Assembly (NCBI GenBank): GCA_964188305.1 | Contig: OZ076885.1 | Origin: Podarcis bocagei | Taxonomy: Eukaryota | Reading direction: 5' to 3' (one strand) | Length of the DNA: 64,000 nt | Shown: in pieces, positions 47,761 to 60,378 of the stretch | Numbering within the stretch: the first letter of the stretch is position 1 | Layout: each line of letters opens with the position of its first letter | Translations under genes and position numbers: made by a program | The notes under the pieces: generated by a model | What the model saw: the letters and a program-made list of their open reading frames with translations, nothing else | The model's database searches: none | What the model was told of the DNA's origin: nothing

Positions 47761-48979
47761 AGCGACACCTATTTCTTTGCTTGTTATGTAACGGCCCCGT
47801 TTTTCTTCCGCCCTTTCCTCACACGCACATTTTTATTTTAGATTTTACAAGTTTTTTCCCCGGGAAGTGGGGACAACATACACACACGCGCATCATACAA
47901 AGCACCTCGGATTGCTCAGTTCACGTGGCCCAAATGGCACGTAGCTCGTATATATCCGAAAATCCACTCCCAAATCCACCACTTAACAAGTTACCCAGCA
48001 TCCCCTCCTGCCCTCGAAAGCTTTTTTATTATTCTATCAAAGGCCCACAGCGTTCCACAATTAATTCTACTGTTAGGAGTCCTGCCCCACATTTCAGAGT
48101 ACAAGATTTCCTGGGTATTGCGCTTTAGGAACAAGCTTCTGTTCCCCCTCCCAGTTTATTTTTTCTGTGAATTTCATTATCTTACCCTAAACCACACACA
48201 TGCCAGGCATAACGAAAACATCCATTTGTTTTCTGTATTGGAATGTTGCTAAATTATATGGTTTATTTTTAGTATCAACAGCACAACACAGAGAACTGGT
48301 GGTAATAAATCAAGCCTTGGAATGGAAAGAACACCCTTTTACTACCACACATTAGAGAAAAAACAATAAAGCAAGATCACCACACTATGGTTTCTGAAAA
48401 AGAGCCGATTTATTTTCTCACCATTTATAAAAATGCAAGTACAAAAGGGGAATCTAACAAGTCAATGAGAGTACATTTGCTCAGGCTGAATACTGCAAAG
48501 CCAAACCATAGTCTTTATTTCTTGTCGCACTGTCAGAGGTACTAGTGAAGGCAGGAATCCTTTTCTGCCACAGGGGAGCTTAGGGCAAGAAAATATTCTC
48601 AAGGAGGAAAATGCAGCATTGCTACTCAGTGGGAGTTGTCAGCCAAATCTGTTTGGCACTTCAAATCGTTCCTCAGTAAGGCTTCAGCCAAATCCAGAGT
48701 GCAGTTTGCTGAACTGAAAGGAGGACTGTGGAGTGCTTGGAGACTGAGAAGCATATAGTAGCAAGCAGGGTATCCACAAAAGAGCAGTTCCATTGATGAG
48801 TAGCCTAATGTGCACGAATGTAGGAAAGGGATGAAGTCATTTGACCACATGAGATTTAGAACTTGACTGTAGGAGACAAATTGTAGTGGGAGGAGGGGAA
48901 CTTGCTGCAAGATATTGGTAAAATCTCTGTGGACATTCTAGCAAGCTGGCCTCTGCTCCAAATGATCCAGAAGCAGCTG

Positions 48980-51900
48980 TCAACTGTGTGCTTGTGCAAA
49001 CTCTTTCCGTAGCCAAAGAGAGTCCTGGTAGAAACGGGGATCTCCCAAGTGCACAGCCGTCCTCTTATAGAAGTAGTAGTACAGCACAGCCACTGCAACC
49101 AATCAGAAATAAGTCACAAGCCAGCAAGGTCAACACCTGTATCAACTTTACTATTTTCTTACATTCAACTTCACCATTATCTCCCCAGCTACACTCCCCC
49201 TGCTCCCTGTCCCATCTACTTTCTGTGGGAAGCACAGATGGAACCAGCCTCATTGATAAATTTTTAAGCTTTGCTCAGAAGTCATAACACAGGGGAGAAA
49301 TGAAACAGCCTCGTACCCATTCTCTGGAAAACAAAAAGAGTCTGCAGCCCATCTGTCCACACAAAATAGTTGGAATTTTTCCAGCGGAGGTTCTGTGGGA
49401 AAGAAATGTATGAAATATTAAAGGCAGGAAATAGACTGTTCCTCCCAGAACAACACAAAACAATACCAACCATCCTTTCAGACTTTCTTCAGTGCCCCAT
49501 CTTTCTACCAAATTCCTTCAGAAACATGGCTCCCATTTTCCTACTCCCAATAATTATTTATATATTTGGGAAGCAGCAACATTCCTAACTCCTTCTCTTG
49601 AAAGTTCAGAGATTGTTACAATCTCAAATAAACATTCTAGAAACCATGCAACAATCCAGGACAACAAAGGCCTGTGGTATCCCATTGATTGGTGTGTCCC
49701 CTTCCTACATCCCACTCAAGGAAGCTTCCACATTTTTTCCAAGTATATTAAACCAGGAGTTATGCAACTGTATCTATAAAAATATTTTCACAGATAAAAT
49801 AAAAACCAAAAGTTGACCCACATTAAAATTAGACACAATATTTGTTGAGCTTGTTGGAAAAAAGAGTAATGATGTTAGTTCCACTACTAGAGAGTTTCCA
49901 AAACTCATGTTCCCAGTCATAATAGGCTATTCCAAGTCTTTCTTAACAGTTAAGCAACCAGACACCACATGGAATGGATGCCAGCACTCGGAGCAGCTCA
50001 GGGAGCAAAGAAAGGTTAATCGGATCAGCAGATTTATACAGAACAACCAGACCTATTCTAGCTCTCAACAACTGATCACAGAAAATCCTCTTAAATCCTC
50101 CTGCCTCACCAAGCAAGGTTTAGGAAAGCAGTAGTACCCAACTTTCAAGCTAGATTGCTTCATCTAACTTCAAAGATGAGATATTAATTCCCTAGATACT
50201 GGGACTTAACTACAATATGTACCATTTTGTCCAGTGTATTCTAGGCAGGTTTACCATTTACAAATAATGGCATGCAATCTTAAAAGAAAGAGTAAAAAAA
50301 GAGATGGGGAATGAAAAGGAAAATAGGCACACTAAGTTATTCAAACTGGAAATGAGGTAAGATTGAAATAAATCTTTTGTTAGCCTCCGTAAAGCCCTCA
50401 CTCATCTAAAGAGAGCCAAAGAAATCCATAGGGAGGTACTAGACTATTGAGGCTGTAAATATGAGAAGGTTTTTGCCTTCAGTGCAGTGAATTCATATCA
50501 ATGCAAGCACTGCTTTGGAATTTAAACATTCTGTTCCAAGAAGCCAAGGGTGCTGTACCACGAACTTTTATGACTCTTTGGCAATATAGCCCATCATCAT
50601 TGGTAAGTCATTGCATGTCAATGACACCTGTTCATTGTAGTTGTTTGCTCCACTGAACAAAACTTGGACTGAATTTAAATATGTATCCTTCAGTTAGGCA
50701 GCTGGACAGCAAGACACACGAAGAACCAGGAATAAGGACCTCGTTTTTAAATCACAACATCTGTTGATATTTGAAAAGTAAATCACACAGATCATTGCCT
50801 ATTGCGACAACAGCAAAAATGCTGAGTGCTTACAATGGATCAGGGTGTCAAACAGAAAATACAGTTTGATCAACTAAAAGCTCAGAGACCAAATATACTT
50901 CCTGGCCACTGTTCCAAGACAACTTCTGCACAGCTTCCTGACGCTTCCAAATACCATGGAAACCTACAAATCTTTTGTCCCAAATGCTTCTGTCCTCCTT
51001 CCCTTTAATTACCCAAATTACAGTGACCTCTGTTAAACTTCACAAATCTGTCCAGGAAAAAAGGTGAATGATATAACAGTTATTAAAGCTCAAGGTATGT
51101 GATATAGGACAAATGCCCAGGCACACTGCCTAGAAGGACAAGACAAACCTAGGAGATAACTACAGAACCGAGCAAATAGAGCCAGAACAAAGCATATATT
51201 GCTCATTCTATGAGACTGCAATGATCCAATGGGCTCACCCCAATCAACTAATAGCAAGAGTCAATGGAATAATGGGCTGTGAACAACGCTGCAGCCAAGA
51301 AACTTACTTATACAGCCAATAATCAATAAATTAGAGAGGCCACCTTTATACAATATTACAAAATCGTAGCAAACATATAACATTTCAACCAGACTTCACT
51401 AGGACTACACTAATGCCAGTACTGAGCAAATTAGTGAGTCACATTCCAATACTCCATTTGTGTCCATAGCTGCAGCTGCAAATCAGCATGGGTAGTCATG
51501 TATGGCTGCCTTTGACAAAACTGCAGATAAAGTTTGGAAGTCTGTTATAAGAATCAAAATATAAATTTTCTTCTTGGTTCTTTTGAAAAAGACATCAGTC
51601 TTCCTTATTGTTGGGATTGTTTGTTTTTGCTTCATAAAAAAGAGAGTTAAAAGATTAAGAATAGATTCTGCTACAAGCATACTGAGCAGTGTTAAGGGGT
51701 ACAAAGTCTATACATTACATTGAAAAGATGTGAAGACAGCATGAAGGTGAAATGTTTTGGTGCATGAAGCAACAAGAGAAACCAGGAAATTGGGTGGTGG
51801 GGTGAATCTGAAGGATGAGCTGTTGCCTACACAGCTTCCAAATCATAAAAAGTGCCAGTAAACCAAGTCAATCAAATGTTAATAACCACTCAACTTACAC

Positions 51901-54696
51901 ATAATCACATGTACATAACAAGCTTGCCCTCAGTAAAGACCATAAGAGGGCAACTATGATGGACGATACAATACGTTAACTTAGGGTGCTTTGTGTGATT
52001 TGCTATCACATGAATACAGTATTAACAAAACGTACAATAGACCACTTAAATGACAGCTTAGGCAATTATTGCAAGGCCAATCATTTTTCATGGATCTCAG
52101 ACACAGATATCTAAAAAGAATAAATTAATGTGAGCAGAAGTCAGTGTAACAAGATGTCCGAAGAAAACAAGAATAATGGAGCACACTGTAAATTATGCTC
52201 ATCAAAAGCAAAATAAAAGTATGCTTGTTCAAAAAGATCTTAGAAAAAGAAGTGATTGGTATGTATGCAAGAAGTCCAGGGTGTGATGGTGAAGAACAAA
52301 GGACAGCTGAGAAAAACAGAACTGCCCAAAGGGGGGGGGGGGACTGGTCAAAGAAGACTGTAAGACCTCCTGTATCCAGCTAACCCTATCAGTAGGAAAT
52401 TCTAGCTTTATACTAACAAGATTCTGAAAGGTTGGAAGGTGAATTAGCATGCCAAGCCACAATAATATATTGCATTATAACAGTTGCAACAGCTAGGACC
52501 CCTTCCAGTTTATCCTGTTTCATCAGACGAGCTTTTAAATGTCTTAAATACTATTTGGTTTATCTAATCCAACTCCTTCCCAGGTCTTTATTCCTGGGAA
52601 CTCCTCAACCAGTTCAATGAGACAGCTACTGTTCTACAAATTCTGCACACATTATTTATCACACAGAAGATGGTACAAAAACCTGAGCTTCTTTTAAAAA
52701 TATAATGAGTGTTGAAACAAATTTGGAAATCCACAGGTGGTGTTTGCAAGGGATTCCTAGGGTTCAATAGAGAGCACTTCTATCTCTTCCACAGTTCCCT
52801 GTCGTAACCTAACCTGTAAGTTTCTTCTATTCATCCCTGCTCTTGCACAACATTTCTTCCATTTACCATACTGCTTTTTTGTTACATCCAGACCTCCATA
52901 TTTAAAAACTACAGAGTGCTAAACCTGGGGGGAGCATAAAATAAAGTTTGTTTCAACGTGTGTTTTCTTTGCTTGCACAATTACTCCTGTATTCAGAATC
53001 TGGGCTTCCTTGATAACCAGTATAAACAATCCTCTCCTGCCTTACCATGACCCAGATGTGGAAGGATATGCTCAAACCAAGGTATGTTGCTGACAAGACA
53101 ATGGTCCCTTTAAATTTCTGGAACAGAAGATTAACCAGGCCAGCCTGGAAGACGAAGGTATTGAAGAACATGAGGAAGATGATGATGACATTGAAGAGGA
53201 TGGCAATATCCTGAATGCTGTAAGGCAGGCAAACATTTTAATGAGACAGAGATTGATAGATACCTTATACACAGAGGTATACCTAGGTTCCCTTGCATCC
53301 TTGGCATCACACGCACACCCTGGTCCCTTGCACAATTGCATTTCTCCACCGAAGCACCCACAGGAGCCTGCATGCTTTGCCCAGCCACCCATAGTATTGG
53401 AGGAGCAGCCCAGGGAGCACACGAACAGGCAAGCAAGTCCCTAGCCACTCCAAGCCAGAGTGGAGAGGCACAATTTTTGTGCACACTCTCCAAGCCTGCA
53501 CTCTTGGCAGGGGCTCACCTAACCAACTCCTAGGTATGCCGCTGCTTGTGGCTCTCCAAATACTACTAGACACCAGCTCCCCACCACCACCCATGGTCAG
53601 AGATAATGGGAGTTGTGGTCCAGCAACGTTTGGAGGGCCACAGGCTCCCCACAATTGTGGCTCAAGCCTAGTACTTGGAGAACAAAAAGCAGATTAACAT
53701 AGCTGCAGAGGTTTTCACTGTCCATGCTGCCAAGTGAGACATTAGTCCACTAATTGCAGAGGAAAGGGAACCCCGAAACCCTTTCTAGAAGATTACAATG
53801 GAAATAATACCTGCTGCAGCTATCTCTATTTCCCCCTGCTTATCACTCATTTTCATAATCTGAGTGTAGAACTTTATGTAATGGCAACTGAGCTAACAGC
53901 TGCTAATACCCACAGAGAAAAGATAGAATGAATGGATTATAATAGCACCACCCCTTTAAAAATATCATTCAACACAATACAGCCTACTAACTGCCGATGT
54001 TTCAGGAGTAGGGAAAGAATAATAATTTTCTTGGTATCTTTTATTCTACTTCATTCCTCCATTCATCTCTTCTCTGGCACTCTCTTCTTCCCATTTTCCT
54101 GAATGAGAGTGTCCCAAGAAGAGCAGAAACAAACAGAAAGTGCATTCCTGTGCATGTTTACTCAAAAAAGTTCCACTGTGTTCAATGTGGCAAATTCTCT
54201 GTAATCCTAAGCACATTTACTATGGATCAAGTCCTCTTGTATACATAAAGGCTTAAGCTGCAATCCTATGCACACTTACACAACAGTAAGCATGACTGAA
54301 AACAATGGGACTTCCTTCAGAGTCAACATAATATATAAGATTTCACTGTTGCTCCTGAGTAGACATACTAACCATCTCTTCTCCATTCCAAATCACTTAT
54401 TCAAGCACTAGTCTACAGTTCTGACCTGAAGAGTAACTACGTTTTTGATCCCTACAGCTTATTTAAGAGCTCATAGCACTGTTGAGCATCTTTTCAGAGA
54501 CAAATGTATACAAGCCCTTTAAAAAAACCCCAGACAGTGACAAGCACCCACTGTTGTGCCATACTCACATGAAAAGCACAAGCTGGATGACGGGCGCCAT
54601 GCGCAGCAGCTCCGAGAAGGAGTTGACAAAGAGGTCATAGAACAGCAGTAGGAACTGCAAGGAAAGCACCAGGCTATAGTTGCTGGTTTGGAGCAT
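48980..54696 (-). CDS. TMEM138: Transmembrane protein 138 (ciliary), 4 coding exons, 162 aa
   Basis: Exons 54696-54569 ([30 protein letters not shown]), 53217-53046, 49392-49317 ([17 protein letters not shown]), 49092-48980 ([27 protein letters not shown]...*); 489 nt. Noncoding first exon donor at 55388/55387. Confidence 0.96.
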
Positions 54697-55179
54697 CTTC
54701 CTTGCCTCAGTGTCTGCATCCCAGATGAGAGGGACACCTCATGCTCACACAACAGAGGGATACAAACTTTTTCCTCCAGCGCAATCACTCATAGCTCCCT
54801 TTGGGCAGAGACCTGAAACCTGCAGAAACACCAGGTGGGGGGGAAAGAGGGAGAATAAGGTGAGCAACACTTGCAATAATAGCGGGGAGGGGGGCATCAC
54901 AAATCTGGAGCACACCACACACAGTCAAGCACTAGAGAGCAAAGATAAACCAGTCAGAAATACAAACAATGAATAAGAATCCCTTTGTTGAAGTAAGACT
55001 GGTTGCACCGTTAACTGCTACTGCCTAACACTGTTCTTAACATTTTTCGGTGATCTAAGAACTTTACTCTTGCTGCCCCTCCGCGGCTTTTCTCCTATTT
55101 CTACACAGGGGAAAGCAAAGCACGAGGGTGGGTGGCGAGGGCTGACTGGCCACAGCCACCTCCAAGGGGCTGGAAAGGG

Positions 55180-55600
55180 CGCCTTTTCTTCCTGGGCAAC
55201 ACGGATCAAGCGCCACGGACCTCATCTCCTTGGTGATCAAGATTTCAATCCGGGTACACGCGATCTCGTTCTGTGGGCTCCCAAGCGCCCTCGACCTCAC
55301 GCTCCCCGTGTTAAGTAACGGGGCACGACAGGTCGCGAAAGATAGGCCCGTCGCTGCTCCAGCTCGCTCTTTGCTCCCGGCCCTCACCTGGCGCGGCAGT
55401 TGCCCGTTCCCATGGAGACGGCGCAGCCACTCAGGGGAGCGTAGGAGGCAGCCTGGCCGGAAGCTGCCGCCCTTGCGGTCACGGTCACAGAGTTGTAAAT
55501 GACAGAGCGGACGGAGAATCTCGTTGCCCGGATAGGAAACTTCCGCCCTGCCTCTGGAAGCCATTTATAAAGTCTTCCATGGGGCGGAAGTGAATGCATC
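55180..55600. promoter_or_regulatory. TMEM138 CpG-island promoter with RFX X-box and ETS motifs
   Basis: GTTCCCATGGAGAC at 55406-55419; GTTGCC half-site at 55523; ACTTCCG and CGGAAGTG ETS motifs at about 55539-55592. Confidence 0.72.
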
Positions 55601-56598
55601 TGGAAGAAACCCGTGATTCTACAGCGGCTTAGAGGGGACTACTTTTTTTGATGCTTAGTTTAAAAACAACAACAACAAAAACATTTAAAACATGGCCCAG
55701 CACAGTCGGATCACATTTCACCATTTGTGTGTTGGGGTTTTTGGCTTGGAGAGCTGCTTATAACAGCCCTGCAAGGACACTATTAATGGTGCAGGTCAGA
55801 AGTAGCACGAACATTTGCATTTCCAGGTTACAGCAGTCTAGTTCATTTGCCTCTTCATGCCACCCTCGTCCACTAAACTCCGTAGACTCCGCGCTACACT
55901 CGCAAATGTTTACAGTGGTGTGCGCGCGCCTCTCACCTGATACAAGACCCCGAGTTAGAAAATTATAGACTCCTCTCTTTGCTACTATTTTTTGCTCGTT
56001 ATGTGGGACCTGCTTCCCAACTATTGCTAAAGTAAAATCTTCAATTTCTCCTTTGATTTCTATGAGCAGCTGAAATTCCGCGTGCAGACGACAACCGCTG
56101 GCGCTCTTTTTCCCTATCTGTATGATACATGGTGCGGAGAGCGTGTTTTTTGTTTTTGCCTTTATTTACCCTTTGCCGCTGATCCGGCTTTTGAGCTTTT
56201 CTGGTGGATTATTACCACTTCGGTGCGAAAGAAATAATTCTCCCCTTCCTTCCTTCCTTCCTTCCTTCGGTCTCCTTCAGCGCACTAAACTGGAACTTCC
56301 AGCTGCTGGAGAGGCATTCCACCATTTGATGAAATCAATCCGTGTTTAATGCCTCAATTTTTAAAAAATGCAGTCGTTCCAGTGAAATCAGACCACCGGA
56401 AATCTATTTTTGTTTTGATATCACAGCTACAGAGCGAAATCCTGCAGCGCGATTTCAGCAGATTAAGGGGCACATAACGCCGCTGCCAGTCTACAATAAT
56501 AACTTACTGGCGTGGAACAGGGAGTTATAGAAAAGGTTGCCAACCTGACAAAGCTCCTCCTTTGCCTTCAGCCCTTGCTGTGTGACAGGCAAAACTTC

Positions 56599-56608
56599 GT
56601 CACGTGAC
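56599..56608. promoter_or_regulatory. CLEAR element / palindromic E-box (TFEB, TFE3, MITF, USF)
   Basis: Exact GTCACGTGAC upstream of the lysosomal gene CYB561A3. Confidence 0.55.
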
Positions 56609-59600
56609 GCGTTTCCTGTTAATACACCTGTTTACATACCTGCAATATACCTATACCAGCTCAATTTGCCGGGCACTTAGGCATCCAGGAAGTCCCTCAT
56701 CTCTTTGACGCAAGGGAAAACTTTAATGACGGGTGCACCTAGGTATATTGCAAAGGCAGAAGCAAACGAAGAGGCTTGTAAAGCTCCTTAAATGAGAACT
56801 TTCCCGGCTCGATTCCCCGCCGTGTTCATGCCCAGCAATATACTGTACAGTACTGTACAGATCTTGCTGAGAAAACGACATTTCCCAGAAACCCGTCTTG
56901 GCGTTGGCTGGGCAGTGCCATAAACTGCGCCTAGACTAGTCTGAAGTGCCTCCTATCATGAGCAGAGACGATGGAGCTGAAGGGGACCTGGAGCTTTGGA
57001 ACTACTTTTCCCGGCGCTCCCCGCGACTCAGACAGAAGCGAGGTGTGAGCTGTTGCTTGTATTTCTCGGTTCTTTGAGTGCGTGGACGCAGCTGGGTCGC
57101 GAAAGCAAACCTTGACCCTTGTGTGCGCGCAATCCCTCTTGCGGCTGTTCCCAGGCGCTTCCCTGCAAGGGGCGATCCCGCTACCCATTTATACGTTATG
57201 CTATCTAGCAAGTGTCACTTCCTTATTGCTCCTCATATGCGCTTTAATGGCGCGGTCGGGGGTGTGCACTGGGCAGCAAAACCCGCAGTGCTTGAAACTG
57301 CTTGCAAGTTGCTCTCTGGAACTGCTATGGGTTCAGCTTCGCTCGACAGCCTGGATCCAATAGATGTTTCGTGTGCTAGTTGAACAGAGATGCGACCGGG
57401 GATCCTGCAGCCCTGCAGGTGCTTCTGGACTCCAGCTCCCATCAGCCTCAGCCACAAGGGGGAGGTGGCCTGGGTGATGGGAGTTGTAGTCTATCAGTAT
57501 CTGGAGAGCAGCAGGTGCCCCAGTTGTGCAAGGTAACTGTACTGTATGTTGCTTACGAAGGCTGTTGCCGCAGCAAACCAATTTATCGCTTAAATGCCAG
57601 CAGCTTTCTTGCGGCAGAGCACTGGACGTCACGGGACTTTGTGCTTTATTGTTAACTTTATGAGGCTGGAGTTGGTTCCTTGTTCAGCACGCATGAGGGA
57701 GCAGCCTGAATATGGAACTGACGTTTGCACACTTCTGCGCCTTGCGATAAGTTGTTGGCAGCCGCGTTTCACTTCCAGCGTCACCCCGAGAGACTGCCAG
57801 CTATAAGTAGTGCCATCTTAGCATTCTCTCCCATCCAAGGGTTTTGGGTTTTTTTTTTGCATTGGCTGCCGTTATGTTCGTGAAACCGAGAGACGGTGAA
57901 ATTCAAGGCTAAAAGACGGAGTAGTTTGTCACTAGTTAAATCTGTTCACCAGTCGATGCCAGAAATTATTCTAATTTAAATATCGACCCACAAGTGCTTA
58001 AAGTCCTCCCTCTCTTTGGAAGCAAAGGAAAGCAAAAGCAGCAACCACCTGGTGCGATTTTCAAAAGGGGCTCTTTGGCATGGTAGTACATCAGTGTTTA
58101 TTAGTTATTGCCACAGTGGCCATTTTCTGCTCTTCTCTTTGACCCGGCTTATACTTTGCAGTAAAGCTATAAGACTGTAAGTAAAAAGGTTGATCATAAA
58201 GATAAATGATTCTAATCGGGTAGCTGGTCAAAACATGTTAGCAAAACCATATTTTGAATTAAACATTTCCAAAGTTGGCTGTAGTTTCTATGTATTTCTT
58301 TTCTTATCTTACACCTACTTACCCTTGATGTTTACACTTCCTTTCCTAAGGGTGTTTTAATACTTTGTTCTAAATCTATTGATGGGGGGGTTGTGTGTGT
58401 GTGTTGTTATGAATTTGTGGGGTGAGAGACACTCTAAATTCCTGGGTCCAATAAAAGTTATAATTAATCAAGGACTGGGGAGTTAAAACTGCCGAGCACT
58501 GAACCACTGGAATATTAACATTAACAACAACAACAACAACAACAATTCTATACTGCCCTTCATCCAAGGATCACAGGGCGGTTTAAAATATAAAAGGACC
58601 AAAATGCATGCCATAGTAACAAACAAAAACACAGTAGTTACTCTGTGCTGGATAGCAGAGGGGTGTGAGCCCCTCCTCCTTCTAGAGAGGTAGATTGTAA
58701 TACAAATGGCCATTTTTCAGTTGCAGTGGACTGATGTAAGCAAGAGGGGAAATAGTTTTGGGAGGGAAGCAGAGTCTCTGGAGAAAAGGCGGTCACAGCA
58801 CAATGTGGGCTGACAGTTTGAATCCAGCGTGGCAGCAATGGTAGAAACAGGGCCCTCCTGACCTGTAAAACTCCCCCATATAATTGTGGGAATTGTAGTT
58901 GTAGGTGCTGTGAATTGTAGCTCGGTGAGAGGCAAACTACAATTCCCAAGCTTATTTTGAGGAAGCCATGAGCTTTGAATGTAAATGGTGTGACCCCAAA
59001 CTGAACTGGCAACTTTAAACAATTTTTTGTGGGCTATGCCCCCCACAGAAATCACACAGGACACAGCTGCTCAGCAGCTTTCACTTTTGCATCAGCACAT
59101 TTTCCTCTTGGTGTACGTGGTGAGTTAATGGCACAAAAGTTTCAGTAGAGCTCTCCAGTTCATGAGAAGATGCTAGTAGAAGATGCCAGCCATCCAAACT
59201 GAGAGTCTGGCTGCAGTTAGACAAGAGACTTTTTTTTTTAAGACCCTAGATTGTCATTCACTTAACTTCCAGCCCACCTTTGCACTGTGAAGAGCAATGT
59301 TTCAGTCATTGCCATAGTCTTTTAATGCACACACTCTGCAAGCTTCTCACTTCTGTCTTGAAAGCAGAAGTTGGGATGATCTTGTGACCGTTGTCTCCCT
59401 CCAGGACCCAGTGGTTGCAGGTGCAGCATCTGTGCAGGGCTGCTGGGTTGGTAGAAAAAGTCTGTGGTTTGCACCTTTCACTGTGGGGACAGTTCGTAAA
59501 TAAATTTGAAAACTAATGTGAGGCTATCTGTTTTCATATGCAATTGGCTGCAGTAACCTTTATTTTTGGCTGAAACTCAGCTATGGCTCTTAGATCAAGT

Positions 59601-60378
59601 TGGATCCAGTAGTAGCCAATCTAACTTCACTTTATGAATGCCAGTGTTGCTTACACAAAAGTTTGCCTTGGTTCACAGAAGAGCCTTGGATATCAGAATT
59701 GGACATAACACATGGTATCTGCTGCCTAACTAGATTTAACTAAATTGGAGTTGCATCCTGCCAGATCATATGATCAATTCAGTGTAGGTTCTGGTTCCTG
59801 ATCAACAACTGTGGGACTGTTTTATTTCTCTGGAAACTTTCTCTTCAGTAACATGTGTACTCCTTTGGTGTTTCTGTGCGACTTGGCTTTGGGAAGTATG
59901 GAATCATCAGTAATTGAGCCTCCTTCTTTTAGTGGACAGGGGCTGCAGACAGTAGAAGCCCCTGCTGACACAGTTGGATATAGTCTGTGAGGTGTGTTAC
60001 CCCATTGGACAAGCTGCTGGTAACTGCCAGCCTTGACTTTTGCGAGAATAGTGGTTAGAATGTGAATTGCCTTAACCAGCCTGGGGAAATTCCAGATCTA
60101 CCTTCCACTTAGCTGTGAAGTTTTGATGTTTCATGGTCTGTGGTGGACATACTATTGAAATCAGTTCTTCTGACCCAGAGTCTGAGACTCCACCCTATTT
60201 TGGGTTACAAAACTGTGTGACAGAAAAACAGTTCTCTGCTGAAGGGAGGAAAGCAGAACTAGGTAGTAAGGAAAGGGAGGAGGCAAAAATCTTGCTGGTG
60301 CCAGAACCAGCAGATGGTTGGATAGCTTTTACAGCTAGCTGGTCTCTTGCCTTCTCAGGTGTGCTCCCTGTGAACAGG

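Noticed and set aside
46957-48128. Multiple 110-145 aa ORFs
   Set aside because: CpG-island artefacts around the TMEM216 promoter.
55064-55564. 166-aa minus-strand ORF
   Set aside because: Runs through the TMEM138 noncoding exon 1 donor in a GC-rich promoter; no recognisable domain.
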